From: Nocardioides sp.
Lineage (GTDB): Bacteria; Actinomycetota; Actinomycetes; Propionibacteriales; Nocardioidaceae
Reading direction: 5' to 3'
Assembly (NCBI RefSeq): GCF_036274455.1
Contig: NZ_DASUFR010000076.1
Location: 6,290 to 70,289, forward strand
Length of the DNA: 64,000 nucleotides
The notes under the pieces were generated by a model, which saw nothing but the letters and a program-made list of their open reading frames with translations, did no database searches and was not told the DNA's origin. Position 1 is the stretch's first letter. The number at the start of each line of letters is the position of its first letter. The translations under genes were made by a program, and so were the position numbers. This document shows positions 27,630-37,519 of this stretch, piece by piece.

Positions 27630-29195
27630 TCAGTCGTCCTCCCAGTAGGGCCCGTAGTTCCAGTTCGGGTGGTAGACCAGGCTCGGGTCCACGGTCACGT
27701 GCTTGCGCGTCCCGGTCCGGTAGGTCACGACCTTCTCGCCGTCCGGGCCCATCCGCACGACCGGCACCCGGAAGTGGGTGTAGGTCGTGGTGTAGGCGTT
27801 GCGGGAGTTGCCCGGTCGCCATTCGAAGTTGAACTGCTTGAGGTACTGGCGGGTGACCTGCTTGCCGATCACGTTGACCAGGATCTCGTCGTTGTAGGCG
27901 CCGAGCGCGCCCCAGTTCTCCGAGCCGGTGAACACCAACCGCGCGTGCGGGTTGCCCGCGTAGTTGCCCTCGATGATCAGGAACTTCTGGTGGGAGTAGT
28001 AGTCGAGGGAGAGGTCGACCTTGCCGTCCGGGTTGGGCACCGGGTCGCTGTCCGGGTGGTAGTCGAAGCCCGTGGACCGCAGCGGCAGCCGTCCGCGAGG
28101 CGTCTTCGCGCCGAGGTGTCCCTTCGTGATCGCGCCGACCAGCCCGAAGCTGAACCGGGCGTTGCAGCCCTCGGCGAACTTCCGCCGGTAGGCGTCGGCG
28201 AGGTAGTTGCCCCGACGGCCGCGGATCGTGTGCATGTTCACCGCGAGCTTGGTCCGGATCCGCCTGCCGTTGGGCAGCGTGGTGAGGCACTGCACCCGGT
28301 CGAGGATCTTGATGATCGGGTCGTTGCCCGGGCCGAGGTAGCGCGGGAAGGTGACGGTCGTCCCGGAGTCGACGGCGTCGTCGCACGAGACGCCGTTGGC
28401 CGGGATGCCGCAGAAGTCGGGCAGCGGCGGCTGCTGCTTCTCGTAGTCCTTCGCCATGTCGTCGAAGAGCGCGACGTACTGGTTGAACAGCGGCTTGTCG
28501 CCGTCCATCAGGTAGAGGTCGTTCCACTGGTGCCGCATGGCGTTCATGGTCAGGTTGTGCGAGCCGAAGAAAAGCGCCCACTTGGACCCGCCGGTCTTGG
28601 TGAATGTGTAGAACTTCGTGTGCAGGAACCGCTTGCGGTTGTCGGTCCGGCAGCCCGAATGGCACTTGTAGATGAAGTCCCGCTTCTTGGTGTTGGTCCC
28701 CAGGTAGCCGCGCAGCATCTTCATGGCCCTGGTGTCCTGGTGGTCGTTGAGCAGGATCTGGATGTGCACGCCGCGCTTCTTGGCGGCGATCAGCGCCCTG
28801 GCCACCGGGATCCGGTCGAAGGAGTAGAGCGCGATCCTGATGACCGCGCCCTTCTTGGTCGCCTTGATCGCACGCATGACCTGGCGCTCGATCCTCATCC
28901 GGGCCGTCCAGCTGCCGCGAGGGTTGTTGAAGTAGGCACCGGTCGGCACGTGGTAGCGCCCGCCGCCCTTCCCCTTGGCCTTCTCCGGCTCCGCCGCGGG
29001 CCTGTTCCGGTGGCGTCCGTGCCGGTCAGCCCGGTCCGTGGTCGACGCGGGGGACAACGCCGAGGAGAACGTCGCGCCGGACGACCCGCCGGCCCGGTCG
29101 TCGGGTGTCGCGCCCGCGGAGGTGGGCTGGCTGGCCATGGTCAGGACGAGGACCGCCGACACGACGGCAGCGATGACCGGGACTTTCTTCACGTG
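27630..29195 (-). CDS. Secreted phospholipase D-like domain protein
   Basis: Signal peptide. Two HxK motifs (HTKFYTF..GSHNLT, HQKFLIIE..GSENW). Start uncertain (29195 or 29231). Confidence 0.8.
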   Translation of the reverse strand, partial: HVKKVPVIAAVVSAVLVLTMASQPTSAGATPDDRAGGSSGATFSSALSPASTTDRADRHGRHRNRPAAEPEKAKGKGGGRYHVPTGAYFNNPRGSWTARMRIERQVMRAIKATKKGAVIRIALYSFDRIPVARALIAAKKRGVHIQILLNDHQDTRAMKMLRGYLGTNTKKRDFIYKCHSGCRTDNRKRFLHTKFYTFTKTGGSKWALFFGSHNLTMNAMRHQWNDLYLMDGDKPLFNQYVALFDDMAKDYEKQQPPLPDFCGIPANGVSCDDAVDSGTTVTFPRYLGPGNDPIIKILDRVQCLTTLPNGRRIRTKLAVNMHTIRGRRGNYLADAYRRKFAEGCNARFSFGLVGAITKGHLGAKTPRGRLPLRSTGFDYHPDSDPVPNPDGKVDLSLDYYSHQKFLIIEGNYAGNPHARLVFTGSENWGALGAYNDEILVNVIGKQVTRQYLKQFNFEWRPGNSRNAYTTTYTHFRVPVVRMGPDGEKVVTYRTGTRKHVTVDPSLVYHPNWNYGPYWEDD

Positions 29196-29471
29196 CACCC
29201 TTTCCGACCGGAGACTCCCTCCGCACATCAAATGACGCGCGAAAGGCCCCCGAGGTTCGCTCTCCCTGAGCGCATTGTGCGCGATGCTGCAGAAAAGTCT
29301 TCATTGGCACGCGATGACTGGCAGGAACCCGGCAGGTCAACATTGCACAAAGGGATGGTTGACGGGGTCAATGACTTGCGTTGGGGTCCGTTCAGGGCGA
29401 GCTCGGGGGAATCCCGGGTGACGAACGGGGCTTGTAGTGGGTAGAAAAAGGTCCGGCAAGGAGGAGGATCG

Positions 29472-30293
29472 ATGACGACGTTGCACCCGGGTCAGGCACC
29501 GGTCACGACTCCGGTGCGCCGCTCGGCCCGCAGCATCGCCGCGGTCCGGACCGTCGGGCCGCACGTCCTCCGGGCCGGCCTCGAACTGCTCCTCGTGCTC
29601 GCTATGTTCGAGTTCTACCGCTACGGGCGGCTGCTCTCGCGCGGTGAGACCGCGTCGGCGTACGCCCACGCCCTCCGGGTCCACCACCTCGAGCACAACC
29701 TGCACCTGCCCTCCGAGGCGACGTTGCAGTCGCTGGTTCCCTCGGACGCACTCCTGCACGCGGCGAACATCTACTACTTCTCGGTGCACTTCCCGGCCAT
29801 GATCGCCTTCCTGGTCTGGGGCTACCTGTTCCGGCCCCGCGAGCAGTACCACTGGGCGCGCAACCTGGTCGCGCTGCTGACCGGCGCGGCGCTGATCGTG
29901 CACATCGCCTACCCCCTGGCGCCACCGCGGATGTTCCCCCAGTGGGGGTTCGTCGACACGATGTCGACCTTCGGTCCCAACGCCTACGCCGGGACGAGCG
30001 GTGCCATGGCCAACCAGTTCGCGGCCATGCCCAGCCTGCACATCGGGTGGGCGGCGCTCATCGCCTACGTCATCCACCGCACCGGGCCGCGCTGGCTTGC
30101 GTGGGTCGCGACCGCTCACCTGGCGATCACGGTGGTGGTGGTCGTGGTGACGGCCAACCACTACTGGCTGGACGGGGTCGTGGCCCTGATGCTGCTCGCC
30201 GCGGCGATCATCGTGCTTCCCGGGCCCAAGGCTGAGCGAAGCGATCCCGAACCGGAGCCGGTGGTGTCACCTCGGCCCCACGAGGGCGGCTGA
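29472..30293 (+). CDS. PAP2-like membrane protein (AUR1/IPC-synthase-like)
   Basis: YPLAPPRM, NQFAAMPSLHIGWA, TANHYWLDG. Confidence 0.88.
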   Translation: MTTLHPGQAPVTTPVRRSARSIAAVRTVGPHVLRAGLELLLVLAMFEFYRYGRLLSRGETASAYAHALRVHHLEHNLHLPSEATLQSLVPSDALLHAANIYYFSVHFPAMIAFLVWGYLFRPREQYHWARNLVALLTGAALIVHIAYPLAPPRMFPQWGFVDTMSTFGPNAYAGTSGAMANQFAAMPSLHIGWAALIAYVIHRTGPRWLAWVATAHLAITVVVVVVTANHYWLDGVVALMLLAAAIIVLPGPKAERSDPEPEPVVSPRPHEGG

Positions 30294-30307
30294 CCGACCG
30301 AGGGCGC

Positions 30308-30658
30308 TCAGACCGGGAGCCGGTCGGCGCGGGCCGCGACCAGCTCGGCGGGCGCCGTCAGCCGCCAGGCCTCGAAGGTGAGCTCGGCCAGCTCGTCGCG
30401 ATCGACCCCGTCGAGGCGGACCACGACCCAGCCGAAACCGCCGGAGGTGTACTGCACCTCGAAGACCTCCGGCCGCTCGGCGACCAGGGCGAGCTGCTCG
30501 GCGATCGTCTGCTTCAGTCCGACGGTGGACGTCCGCGGCCAGAGGTAGCCGAAGGTGCGGCGGCCCACGTCGAAGGCCGACCACCGCTCGCGGTCGCGCT
30601 GGGTGACGTCGTCGAGCTGGTGGACCAGCTCGATGAAGTCCGCGATCTCGCACGGCAC
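30308..30658 (-). CDS. MmcQ/YjbR family protein
   Basis: FDVGRRTF..ALVAERPEVF..FGWVVVRLDGVDRDELAELTFEAWRLTAP. Confidence 0.8.
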   Translation of the reverse strand: MPCEIADFIELVHQLDDVTQRDRERWSAFDVGRRTFGYLWPRTSTVGLKQTIAEQLALVAERPEVFEVQYTSGGFGWVVVRLDGVDRDELAELTFEAWRLTAPAELVAARADRLPV

Positions 30659-31048
30659 ACACGGCAGGCTAGACGGACCCCGTATCTCCACGGGTGACGT
30701 CCAGGCATCGCTCGCTCCCCGGAGGGTCCGGAGTCGAGCCATACCAAGCGGGTCATCCCATGGAGCCTCGGGAACACGGCGCACCATCCGCCGACATCGG
30801 CTCGGGTGTTGCAGTTGCCCCCCGGGGTATCGGTAGCGTGCAGCGGAAGGGACGTCGGCATCGGTAAGGCGCGCTACCTCAAGCCGCAGTGGACGACGTT
30901 CACGATGTCGACACTCTCCCCGCAACGGCTGGCGAACCACCCGCCGCCGACCTGCCTGCGGGGCCGGGGCTGAGCCAGCTTCGACGGGCGGTGTGTGGCC
31001 GTCGGCGATCGGGCACCGGTCGGGCGACAGTCGAACCCGGAGGTCTCC

Positions 31049-31414
31049 ATGGGCGCTGCCTACGTGTTGGTCATCCTGGTCGTCGCCGCCCTGGTCGTCG
31101 GCGGCATCCTGCTCTCGCGGCTGGGGAAGGATCGGGCCGCGCGGCACGAGGAGGTGACGTCGGCGCGGCACACGCTCCGCTACGACGTACCGGTCGGGCA
31201 GGACCCCGCCGCCGTCCTCGTCGCCCTCTCGCGCGGTGGCTTCGAGGCGGTGGCCGACCCGGTCGACAACCACGCCCTCACGATCGTGCTCCCCATCGGC
31301 ACCGAGCAGCGCGAGGAGGTCCGGGTGGTCCTGGAGAACGAGGCCGGACAGACCCTCGACCCCCAGGACGACCACGTGCCCGGCGGCCCCGTGCGGTTCG
31401 CCGACGAGCGCTGA
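31049..31414 (+). CDS. Small membrane-anchored hypothetical protein
   Basis: GGAGG RBS, N-terminal TM helix, ends PVRFADER. Confidence 0.7.
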   Translation: MGAAYVLVILVVAALVVGGILLSRLGKDRAARHEEVTSARHTLRYDVPVGQDPAAVLVALSRGGFEAVADPVDNHALTIVLPIGTEQREEVRVVLENEAGQTLDPQDDHVPGGPVRFADER

Positions 31415-31427
31415 GCAGCGGCCGGAC

Positions 31428-33575
31428 CTACCCTTCGTGACCGCTGCCCGCGCCGGCGGCGACCGGCTCGGGCTCGGGTCTCTTCTCGTCCCCGTGGCCG
31501 GGCCACCAGGCCGCGTGGCCGATAAGTGCCGTCAGCGCCGGGGTGAAGAACATCGCCATGACGAACGCCGACACCGCGATCCCGAACGCGAGGGCGAAGC
31601 CCATGGACAGGAAGAACGCGTTGCCCGCCAGCATCAGTGAGGCGAAGGTCCCGGACAGGATCAGGCCGGCGGCGGCGATGGTCGGGCCGCCGTGCTTGAC
31701 CGCCTCGGCTGCCGCCGGTCTGGGTTCCAGCCCTTCTCGTGCCTCCTCGCGGAGCCGGGCGATCATCAAGATGTTGTAGTCGGTGCCCAGCGCCACCACG
31801 AAGAGGTAGACGTAGATCGGCAAGAGGAACAGCAGCCCCGCGTCGCCCTTGAGGTTCTGGAAGACCAGGGCCGTGGCACCCAGGGTGGCGCCGAAGCCGA
31901 GGGCGACCGAGGCCATGAGGTACCACGGCGCGACCAGGCTCCTCAGCAGCAGCGCGAGGATCAGCATGATCACGAAGAAGGCCACCGGGAAGACGACCGC
32001 GTAGTCACGGTTCATCGCGGCCTGGAAGTCGACGTAGACCGAGGTGGTGCCGCCGACCAGCGCCTCGGTCCCCTCCGGCGCCGCCTCGTGGGCCGTGTCG
32101 CGGATCGGGCCCTTGACCGCGGCGATCGCGGCGTCGGACGCGGGGTCGCTCTCGAGGTAGACGTTGAACTGGGCGACTGTCCCGTCGTCGTTGGGCTTCG
32201 GGGGCAGGACCTGGGCCACGCCGTCGGCGTCACCGAGTGCTTCCTGGTAGGCCGTGAGGTCCTCCTGGCTCAGCGGCTGGCCGTCCGTGGATCGCAGGAA
32301 CACCGTGGTCGGGTCGGTGGCGCCTGGTGGGAAGCCCTTCTCCAGGGTCCGGAGCGCCACCGCGGACTCGACGTCGCCAGAGGTGCTGCTGCCGCCGAGG
32401 TCGAACGACGGGTTGAACGAGAACGCCGCGAGCGCGAGCAGCGCAAGCACGCCGCCCGAGATGCCGGCGTACCGGACCGGGTGCCGGGAGAGCGACTGGC
32501 CGACGGCGGCGAACCGCGCGGCCTCGGGCTCGACGAGGTACTTCTTCGACGGCCAGAACAGCGCGCGGCCGAGCACGGACGCGAGCGCGGGGATCAGGGT
32601 CAGCGCCGCGAGCAGGGTCACCGCCACGGCGATGGCCAGCGCCGGCCCGATCGACCGGAAGATGCCCAGCGAGCTGAGGACCAGCGCCATGAAGGCCACG
32701 ATCACCGCGCCGCCCGCCGAGGCGATCGCCTCGCCCGCGCGCTCCAGCGCGTGCGCGACGGCCGCGCGCTTGTCCTCGCCCTCCCGCAGCCGCTCGCGGT
32801 ATCGGAAGAGGAAGAACAGGATGTAGTCGGTGCCGATGCCGAACAGGACGACGACCAGGATCGTCTCGATGTCCTGGCTCGCCTTGAGGTCGAAGAGCTT
32901 GTTCGCGGTGGCGATCAGCCCGGTCGACACCGGAGTCAGGATGAAGCCGACCGTCAGCAGCGGGAGCAGGCAGATCAGGACGCTGCGGAAGATGATGGCC
33001 AGCAGCACGAGGATGAGCAGCGCCGTGGCGAGGCCGACGATCAGCAGCGCCCTGTTGCCGGACTCCTGCTGGTCGTAGCCCTGGGCGACGGTGCCCGTGA
33101 CGCCGTACCGGATGTCTCCGGTCACGGCCTTCTCGAGGTCGGCCCGCAGCGCCTTGACCGCGTCGAACGACGGTTGGTCGTAGCCGGTCACGTCGTCGGA
33201 CAGCCCGACCACGGCGAGCTGCACGAGACCGTTCTCAGACGGGGGCTGCACCTGGATGCCGGTGAACGCCTTCTCCAGGTTGCCGCTCAGCCCGTCGACC
33301 ACCTGCGTGATCTCGGCCTGGTCGTCGGCGGTGAGCCTGCCGCCGTCCTTGCGGTCGAAGACGACGATCGCGCCGACCTGGCTGCTCTGCGGGAAGGCCT
33401 TGTCCTGCAGGTTGAAGGCCCGGATCGACTCGTAGTGGCCGGGCAGGAACTCGGCCTGGTCCTGGGTGGCCTTGAACGGCGGGGCGAGGGCGATGACCAG
33501 GCCGGCGAAGACGACCCACGCGGCGATGACGTACCACGGATGACGAGATGCGAGACGGCCGAGGGCACCGAACAT
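31428..33575 (-). CDS. MMPL/RND family transporter
   Basis: Two halves with FGIGTDY and VALGTDYNIL motifs, about 12 TM helices. Confidence 0.93.
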   Translation of the reverse strand: MFGALGRLASRHPWYVIAAWVVFAGLVIALAPPFKATQDQAEFLPGHYESIRAFNLQDKAFPQSSQVGAIVVFDRKDGGRLTADDQAEITQVVDGLSGNLEKAFTGIQVQPPSENGLVQLAVVGLSDDVTGYDQPSFDAVKALRADLEKAVTGDIRYGVTGTVAQGYDQQESGNRALLIVGLATALLILVLLAIIFRSVLICLLPLLTVGFILTPVSTGLIATANKLFDLKASQDIETILVVVLFGIGTDYILFFLFRYRERLREGEDKRAAVAHALERAGEAIASAGGAVIVAFMALVLSSLGIFRSIGPALAIAVAVTLLAALTLIPALASVLGRALFWPSKKYLVEPEAARFAAVGQSLSRHPVRYAGISGGVLALLALAAFSFNPSFDLGGSSTSGDVESAVALRTLEKGFPPGATDPTTVFLRSTDGQPLSQEDLTAYQEALGDADGVAQVLPPKPNDDGTVAQFNVYLESDPASDAAIAAVKGPIRDTAHEAAPEGTEALVGGTTSVYVDFQAAMNRDYAVVFPVAFFVIMLILALLLRSLVAPWYLMASVALGFGATLGATALVFQNLKGDAGLLFLLPIYVYLFVVALGTDYNILMIARLREEAREGLEPRPAAAEAVKHGGPTIAAAGLILSGTFASLMLAGNAFFLSMGFALAFGIAVSAFVMAMFFTPALTALIGHAAWWPGHGDEKRPEPEPVAAGAGSGHEG

Positions 33576-33648
33576 GCCCGAAACGGTATCGGCCCGATGA
33601 CGTGTCGAGCTCGGCCGGGTCAGGAGCCCTTGTCGACCAACGGCTGGG

Positions 33649-34830
33649 TCACAGCGTGACCCGGAGGATCCGGTCGTCGCCGGGCCGTGGGGTGGTGCGG
33701 CCGTCGCGGTTCGACGTGGTCACCCACAGTGATCCGTCCGGGGCGAGCGCCACGGACCGGAGCCGGCCGTGGTCGCCGGCGAAGTGCTGCCTGGTCCTGC
33801 CGCGGTCGGGTCCGTCGAGCACGACCGACCACACGCACTCACCCTGGAGGGCGCCGAGCCAGGCCCGGCCGGCGGCGATGGCGATGCCGCTGGGGGAGCA
33901 CTCGTCGACCGGCCACTGGGCCAGCGGGTCGGCGTACCCACCCGGGCCGTCGGCGCCCTCGACGTAGGGCCAGCCGTAGTCCTTGCCGCGGCGGAGGAGG
34001 TTGAGCTCGTCGGCGCCCTTGTCGCCGAACTCCGAGGCCCAGAGGCGGCCCCGCTCGTCGAACCGGATGCCCTCGACGTTGCGGTGGCCGTAGGTCCACA
34101 CCTCGTTGCCGAACGGGTTCCCGCGCCCCGGCTTGCCCGCGTCGGTCAGCCGGAGCACCTTGCCGTTGAGGGACCGCTTGTCCGGGGCACTCGCGGTGTT
34201 CTCCGCGTCCCCGGTCGAGGCGTAGAGCATCCCGTCGGGTCCGAAGACCAGGCCGCCGCCGTTGTGGTGGGTCGAGGTGGCGATGCCGGTCAGGATCGGC
34301 TCGGGCCGGCCGAGGCCTCCGTCGTAGGTCATCCGGACGATACGGTTGTCGTCGTCGGTCGACAGGTAGGCGTAGAGCAGGCCGTTGGTCGCGAAGTCGG
34401 GGTGCAGGGCCAGCCCGAGCAGCCCGGTCTCGCCGCCCTCGTCGACCCGGGACCGTACGTCGAGGTGCCCGACGACCTTCTTGCGCCCCTGGCTCACGAC
34501 GTAGAGGGCGCCGGTGTCGCGTGCGCCGACGAGCGCCGATCCGTCGGGGAGGAAGGCGATGCCCCACGGCACCGGGATCCCGTCCACGACGGTGTCGGCG
34601 ATCCTCGGGCGGACCGCGGTGCCCGTGCTGGTCGATGGGGCAGCGGTCGTGGGGGTCGCGGGCGTGGAGGGAGCCGTCGTGGTCGGAGGTGGCGTTGCGG
34701 AGCCGGTCGGGGGAGCGGAGGAGCGCCGACCGGGGGTGGCGGAGTCGTCGCCGCTGCACGCCGCCAGCGCCAGCAGCGAGGCCCCTGCACCGCCGCGCAG
34801 CAGGCCACGTCGACTCGTGCGCGCGCCCAT
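33649..34830 (-). CDS. PQQ-dependent sugar (glucose/sorbosone) dehydrogenase-like lipoprotein, Tat-type signal
   Basis: SRRGLL..LAACS lipobox, PWGIAFLPDG, GETGLLGLALHPDF, HNGGGL, YGHRNVEG. Confidence 0.9.
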   Translation of the reverse strand: MGARTSRRGLLRGGAGASLLALAACSGDDSATPGRRSSAPPTGSATPPPTTTAPSTPATPTTAAPSTSTGTAVRPRIADTVVDGIPVPWGIAFLPDGSALVGARDTGALYVVSQGRKKVVGHLDVRSRVDEGGETGLLGLALHPDFATNGLLYAYLSTDDDNRIVRMTYDGGLGRPEPILTGIATSTHHNGGGLVFGPDGMLYASTGDAENTASAPDKRSLNGKVLRLTDAGKPGRGNPFGNEVWTYGHRNVEGIRFDERGRLWASEFGDKGADELNLLRRGKDYGWPYVEGADGPGGYADPLAQWPVDECSPSGIAIAAGRAWLGALQGECVWSVVLDGPDRGRTRQHFAGDHGRLRSVALAPDGSLWVTTSNRDGRTTPRPGDDRILRVTL

Positions 34831-34853
34831 GGGCCGAGCGTAGGTTGCCCATC

Positions 34854-36146
34854 ATGGACACCGAGGAGCTCGAACCCATCGAGACCGCCTCGCTGGACGA
34901 GCTGCGGGCCCTGCAGACCGAGCGCCTGGGGGCGACTCTCCAGCACACCTACGCGAACGTGCCGCACTACCGGAAGGCGTGGGACGCGGCGGGCATCCAC
35001 CCCGACGACATCCGCGATCTCTCGGACCTGGCGCGGCTGCCCTTCACGAGCAAGGCCGACCTGCGGGACAACTACCCGTTCGGGATGTTCGCGGTGCCGC
35101 GCGAGCAGGTGGTGCGCATCCACGCGTCGAGCGGCACGACCGGCCAGCCCACCGTGGTGGGCTACACCGCCGAGGACGTCGACATGTGGGCCACGGTGAT
35201 GGCCCGCAGCATCCGTGCAGCGGGTGGACGTCCCGGGGACGTGCTGCACAACGCCTACGGCTACGGGCTGTTCACCGGTGGTCTCGGCGCGCACTACGGG
35301 GCGGAGAAGCTGGGCTGCACCGTGGTGCCGGTCTCGGGCGGGATGACCGAGCGCCAGGTCCGGCTGATCACCGACTTCGGGCCGCGGATCATCATGGTGA
35401 CGCCGTCGTACATGCTCGCGATCGTCGACGAGATGCGCCGCCAGGGGCTCGACCCGAAGGAGTCGTCGCTGCAGATCGGGATCTTCGGGGCCGAGCCGTG
35501 GACCGACCAGATGCGCGCGGAGATGGAGGAGATCCTCGGCATCGAGGCGGTCGACATCTACGGCCTGTCCGAGGTGATCGGCCCCGGAGTCGCCCAGGAG
35601 TGCGTGGAGACCAAGGACGGGCTCCACGTCTGGGAGGACCACTTCTACCCTGAGGTGGTCGACCCCGTGACCGGTGAGGTCCTGCCCGACGGGGAGAAGG
35701 GCGAGCTGGTGTTCACCTCGCTGACCAAGCAGGCGATGCCGGTGATCCGCTATCGGACCCGCGACCTGACCCGGTTGCTGCCGGGGACCGCGCGGACCAT
35801 GCGCCGGATGGAGAAGGTCACCGGCCGCACCGACGACATGATCATCCTGCGCGGGGTCAATCTCTTCCCCACCCAGATCGAGGAGCTGCTGCTGACGCTG
35901 CCCGCGCTGTCCCCGCACTTCCAGTGCGTGCTGCGGCGGCCGGGGACACTCGACGAGATGTCGGTGCGCGTGGAACGTCGCGACGACGCCTCTCCCGACG
36001 ACGGCGCTGCCGCCGGCGCCGAGCTCCAGCGCATGGTCAAGGCCGGCATCGGCGTCACGGTCGCCGTCGAGGTCGTCGACCCGGACGGCATCGAGCGTTC
36101 GGTCGGCAAGATGCGCCGGATCGTCGACGAGCGCCCTCCTCGGTGA
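34854..36146 (+). CDS. paaK: Phenylacetate--CoA ligase
   Basis: NYPFGMFAVP, HASSGTTGQPT, AYGYGLFTGGLGAHYG, DIYGLSEVIGPG. Confidence 0.95.
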   Translation: MDTEELEPIETASLDELRALQTERLGATLQHTYANVPHYRKAWDAAGIHPDDIRDLSDLARLPFTSKADLRDNYPFGMFAVPREQVVRIHASSGTTGQPTVVGYTAEDVDMWATVMARSIRAAGGRPGDVLHNAYGYGLFTGGLGAHYGAEKLGCTVVPVSGGMTERQVRLITDFGPRIIMVTPSYMLAIVDEMRRQGLDPKESSLQIGIFGAEPWTDQMRAEMEEILGIEAVDIYGLSEVIGPGVAQECVETKDGLHVWEDHFYPEVVDPVTGEVLPDGEKGELVFTSLTKQAMPVIRYRTRDLTRLLPGTARTMRRMEKVTGRTDDMIILRGVNLFPTQIEELLLTLPALSPHFQCVLRRPGTLDEMSVRVERRDDASPDDGAAAGAELQRMVKAGIGVTVAVEVVDPDGIERSVGKMRRIVDERPPR

Positions 36147-36156
36147 CCGGCCCCGT

Positions 36157-36234
36157 CGCTTGTAACTGACTGTTCGGTCTTCTTCCATGCGGATACAACC
36201 GCATGCCAGATGCCCGGACGGTCAGTTACAAGCG
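36157..36234. repeat. Miniature inverted-repeat element between convergent genes
   Basis: CGCTTGTAACTGAC (36157-70) / GTCAGTTACAAGCG (36221-34) perfect 14-bp IR, with inner CATGCGG-atacaa-CCGCATG. Confidence 0.85.
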
Positions 36235-36254
36235 GGGCGCGGGTCGAGGGAAGA

Positions 36255-36887
36255 TCAGGCGATCCAAGCGAACGTGGCCAGCACCGATGCGATGAGCTCG
36301 GGGTTGGTGGCGGCGTTCCTCTTGTCGAGGATGAAGTCGAGGCCGACATTGCGATCGTTGCGCACCGTGGTGATGGTGTCGTACTCCGAACGGTCGCCCG
36401 GCACCGTGTAGTGGATGTGGAAGGCGGCGACGCCGTCGAGCTGGACGTCGGGCAGCCGGCTGGCTCGAGCGCCCTCGGGCAGGTTCTTCAGCGCGCTCTG
36501 GGCCTGGACGTCGAGCGGAGCGCCACCGCTGATGTCGCCGCTGTCGACCAGGTTGACCGAGTTGCGGTGGGTCCGGTCGGTCGCCGCCGAGGCGTAGTCG
36601 ACGAGGTCGTCCATGTGCTTCCAGCCGAGCGGCGCCCGGATCGTCGAGGACGCCTCGGTGAGCTGGATCCCGGCCGCCGGGGTGATCGAGGGGGCCGACG
36701 GGCTGGTCTCCGCCGGGCTGGTCTGCTGCGTGGGGCTGCTCGTGGGGGCCGGCGAAGTGCCAGCGGTTGGCGTGCCGGACGGGTCCGGGTCGGAGCCGCC
36801 GCAGCCGGCCGCGCCGGTGAGCAGCACGGCGGAGAGGAGTGCGGCGGCCGGGGCCGCGCCGACGGCGTACCGGCGTGTCCGAGTCAC
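36255..36887 (-). CDS. Lipoprotein with S/T/P-rich linker and PsbP-like (alpha/beta) domain
   Basis: GGAGG RBS, GTG start, lipobox AAGC, then IRAPLGWK..QLDGVAAFHIHY..IASVLATFAW. Fold call is by resemblance only. Confidence 0.7.
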   Translation of the reverse strand: MTRTRRYAVGAAPAAALLSAVLLTGAAGCGGSDPDPSGTPTAGTSPAPTSSPTQQTSPAETSPSAPSITPAAGIQLTEASSTIRAPLGWKHMDDLVDYASAATDRTHRNSVNLVDSGDISGGAPLDVQAQSALKNLPEGARASRLPDVQLDGVAAFHIHYTVPGDRSEYDTITTVRNDRNVGLDFILDKRNAATNPELIASVLATFAWIA

Positions 36888-37102
36888 GTGGTCCTCCTGA
36901 TCAGGGCCTGGTCCGCGGGCAGCGCCGGGGCACGCAGGGGACCCGGTTCCACCGCGGTTCACCGTAGCGCGGTGCCCGGAAGGGACGGACGACGTGCGGC
37001 TGAGGGGAACCCGTGATGGAATCTGCGCGTCGTTTGGTTTGTCTTGACCGCGCCGGGGTAGCAGTCCCGTACCCGGCACACGAACTCTCGGGAGCGACGA
37101 AC

Positions 37103-37516
37103 ATGGTCCTTCTTGACACCGCAGGAGCGGTGGCTGCGCTGCCCTCCCTCGGCATCTCCGAGGAGCTGGCCGGCGACCTGAAGAAATTCCTCACCTCGAG
37201 CGCCGGCGAGCTGCAGGACTCGACCCCGGAGCAAACCGGTTCTCACGCGTTCGGCACCTCGCCCGCCAGCCTCCAGTGCGCGAGCGACGCCGCCAAGGCC
37301 CGCACCCACGTCGCGAAGGCGATCACCGACATGGCCGCCGGGCTCGTGGGCTACGAGCAGGTCGTCACCGACCTCTACAAGAACGTCCACGAGGTCGACG
37401 ACGTCGCCCAGGCCGACCTCGTGAAGAAGGCCGCCCAGGCCAACGCGTGCGTGGCGCCCTCGTTCGCCTCGCCCAGCGCGTGCACGCTGCCCGGCAGCAG
37501 CACGGAGGATCGCTGA
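37103..37516 (+). CDS. Small helical protein, type VII secretion (EspC/WXG100-like) candidate
   Basis: 137 aa, amphipathic helices flanking a central HAFG motif, cotranscribed with the next gene. Start could be 37013. Confidence 0.55.
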   Translation: MVLLDTAGAVAALPSLGISEELAGDLKKFLTSSAGELQDSTPEQTGSHAFGTSPASLQCASDAAKARTHVAKAITDMAAGLVGYEQVVTDLYKNVHEVDDVAQADLVKKAAQANACVAPSFASPSACTLPGSSTEDR

Positions 37517-37519
37517 CCG

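Noticed and set aside
30660-31048. Small ORF or ncRNA in the 390-bp spacer
   Set aside because: No RBS-supported ORF with coding-like pattern and no convincing stem set was found
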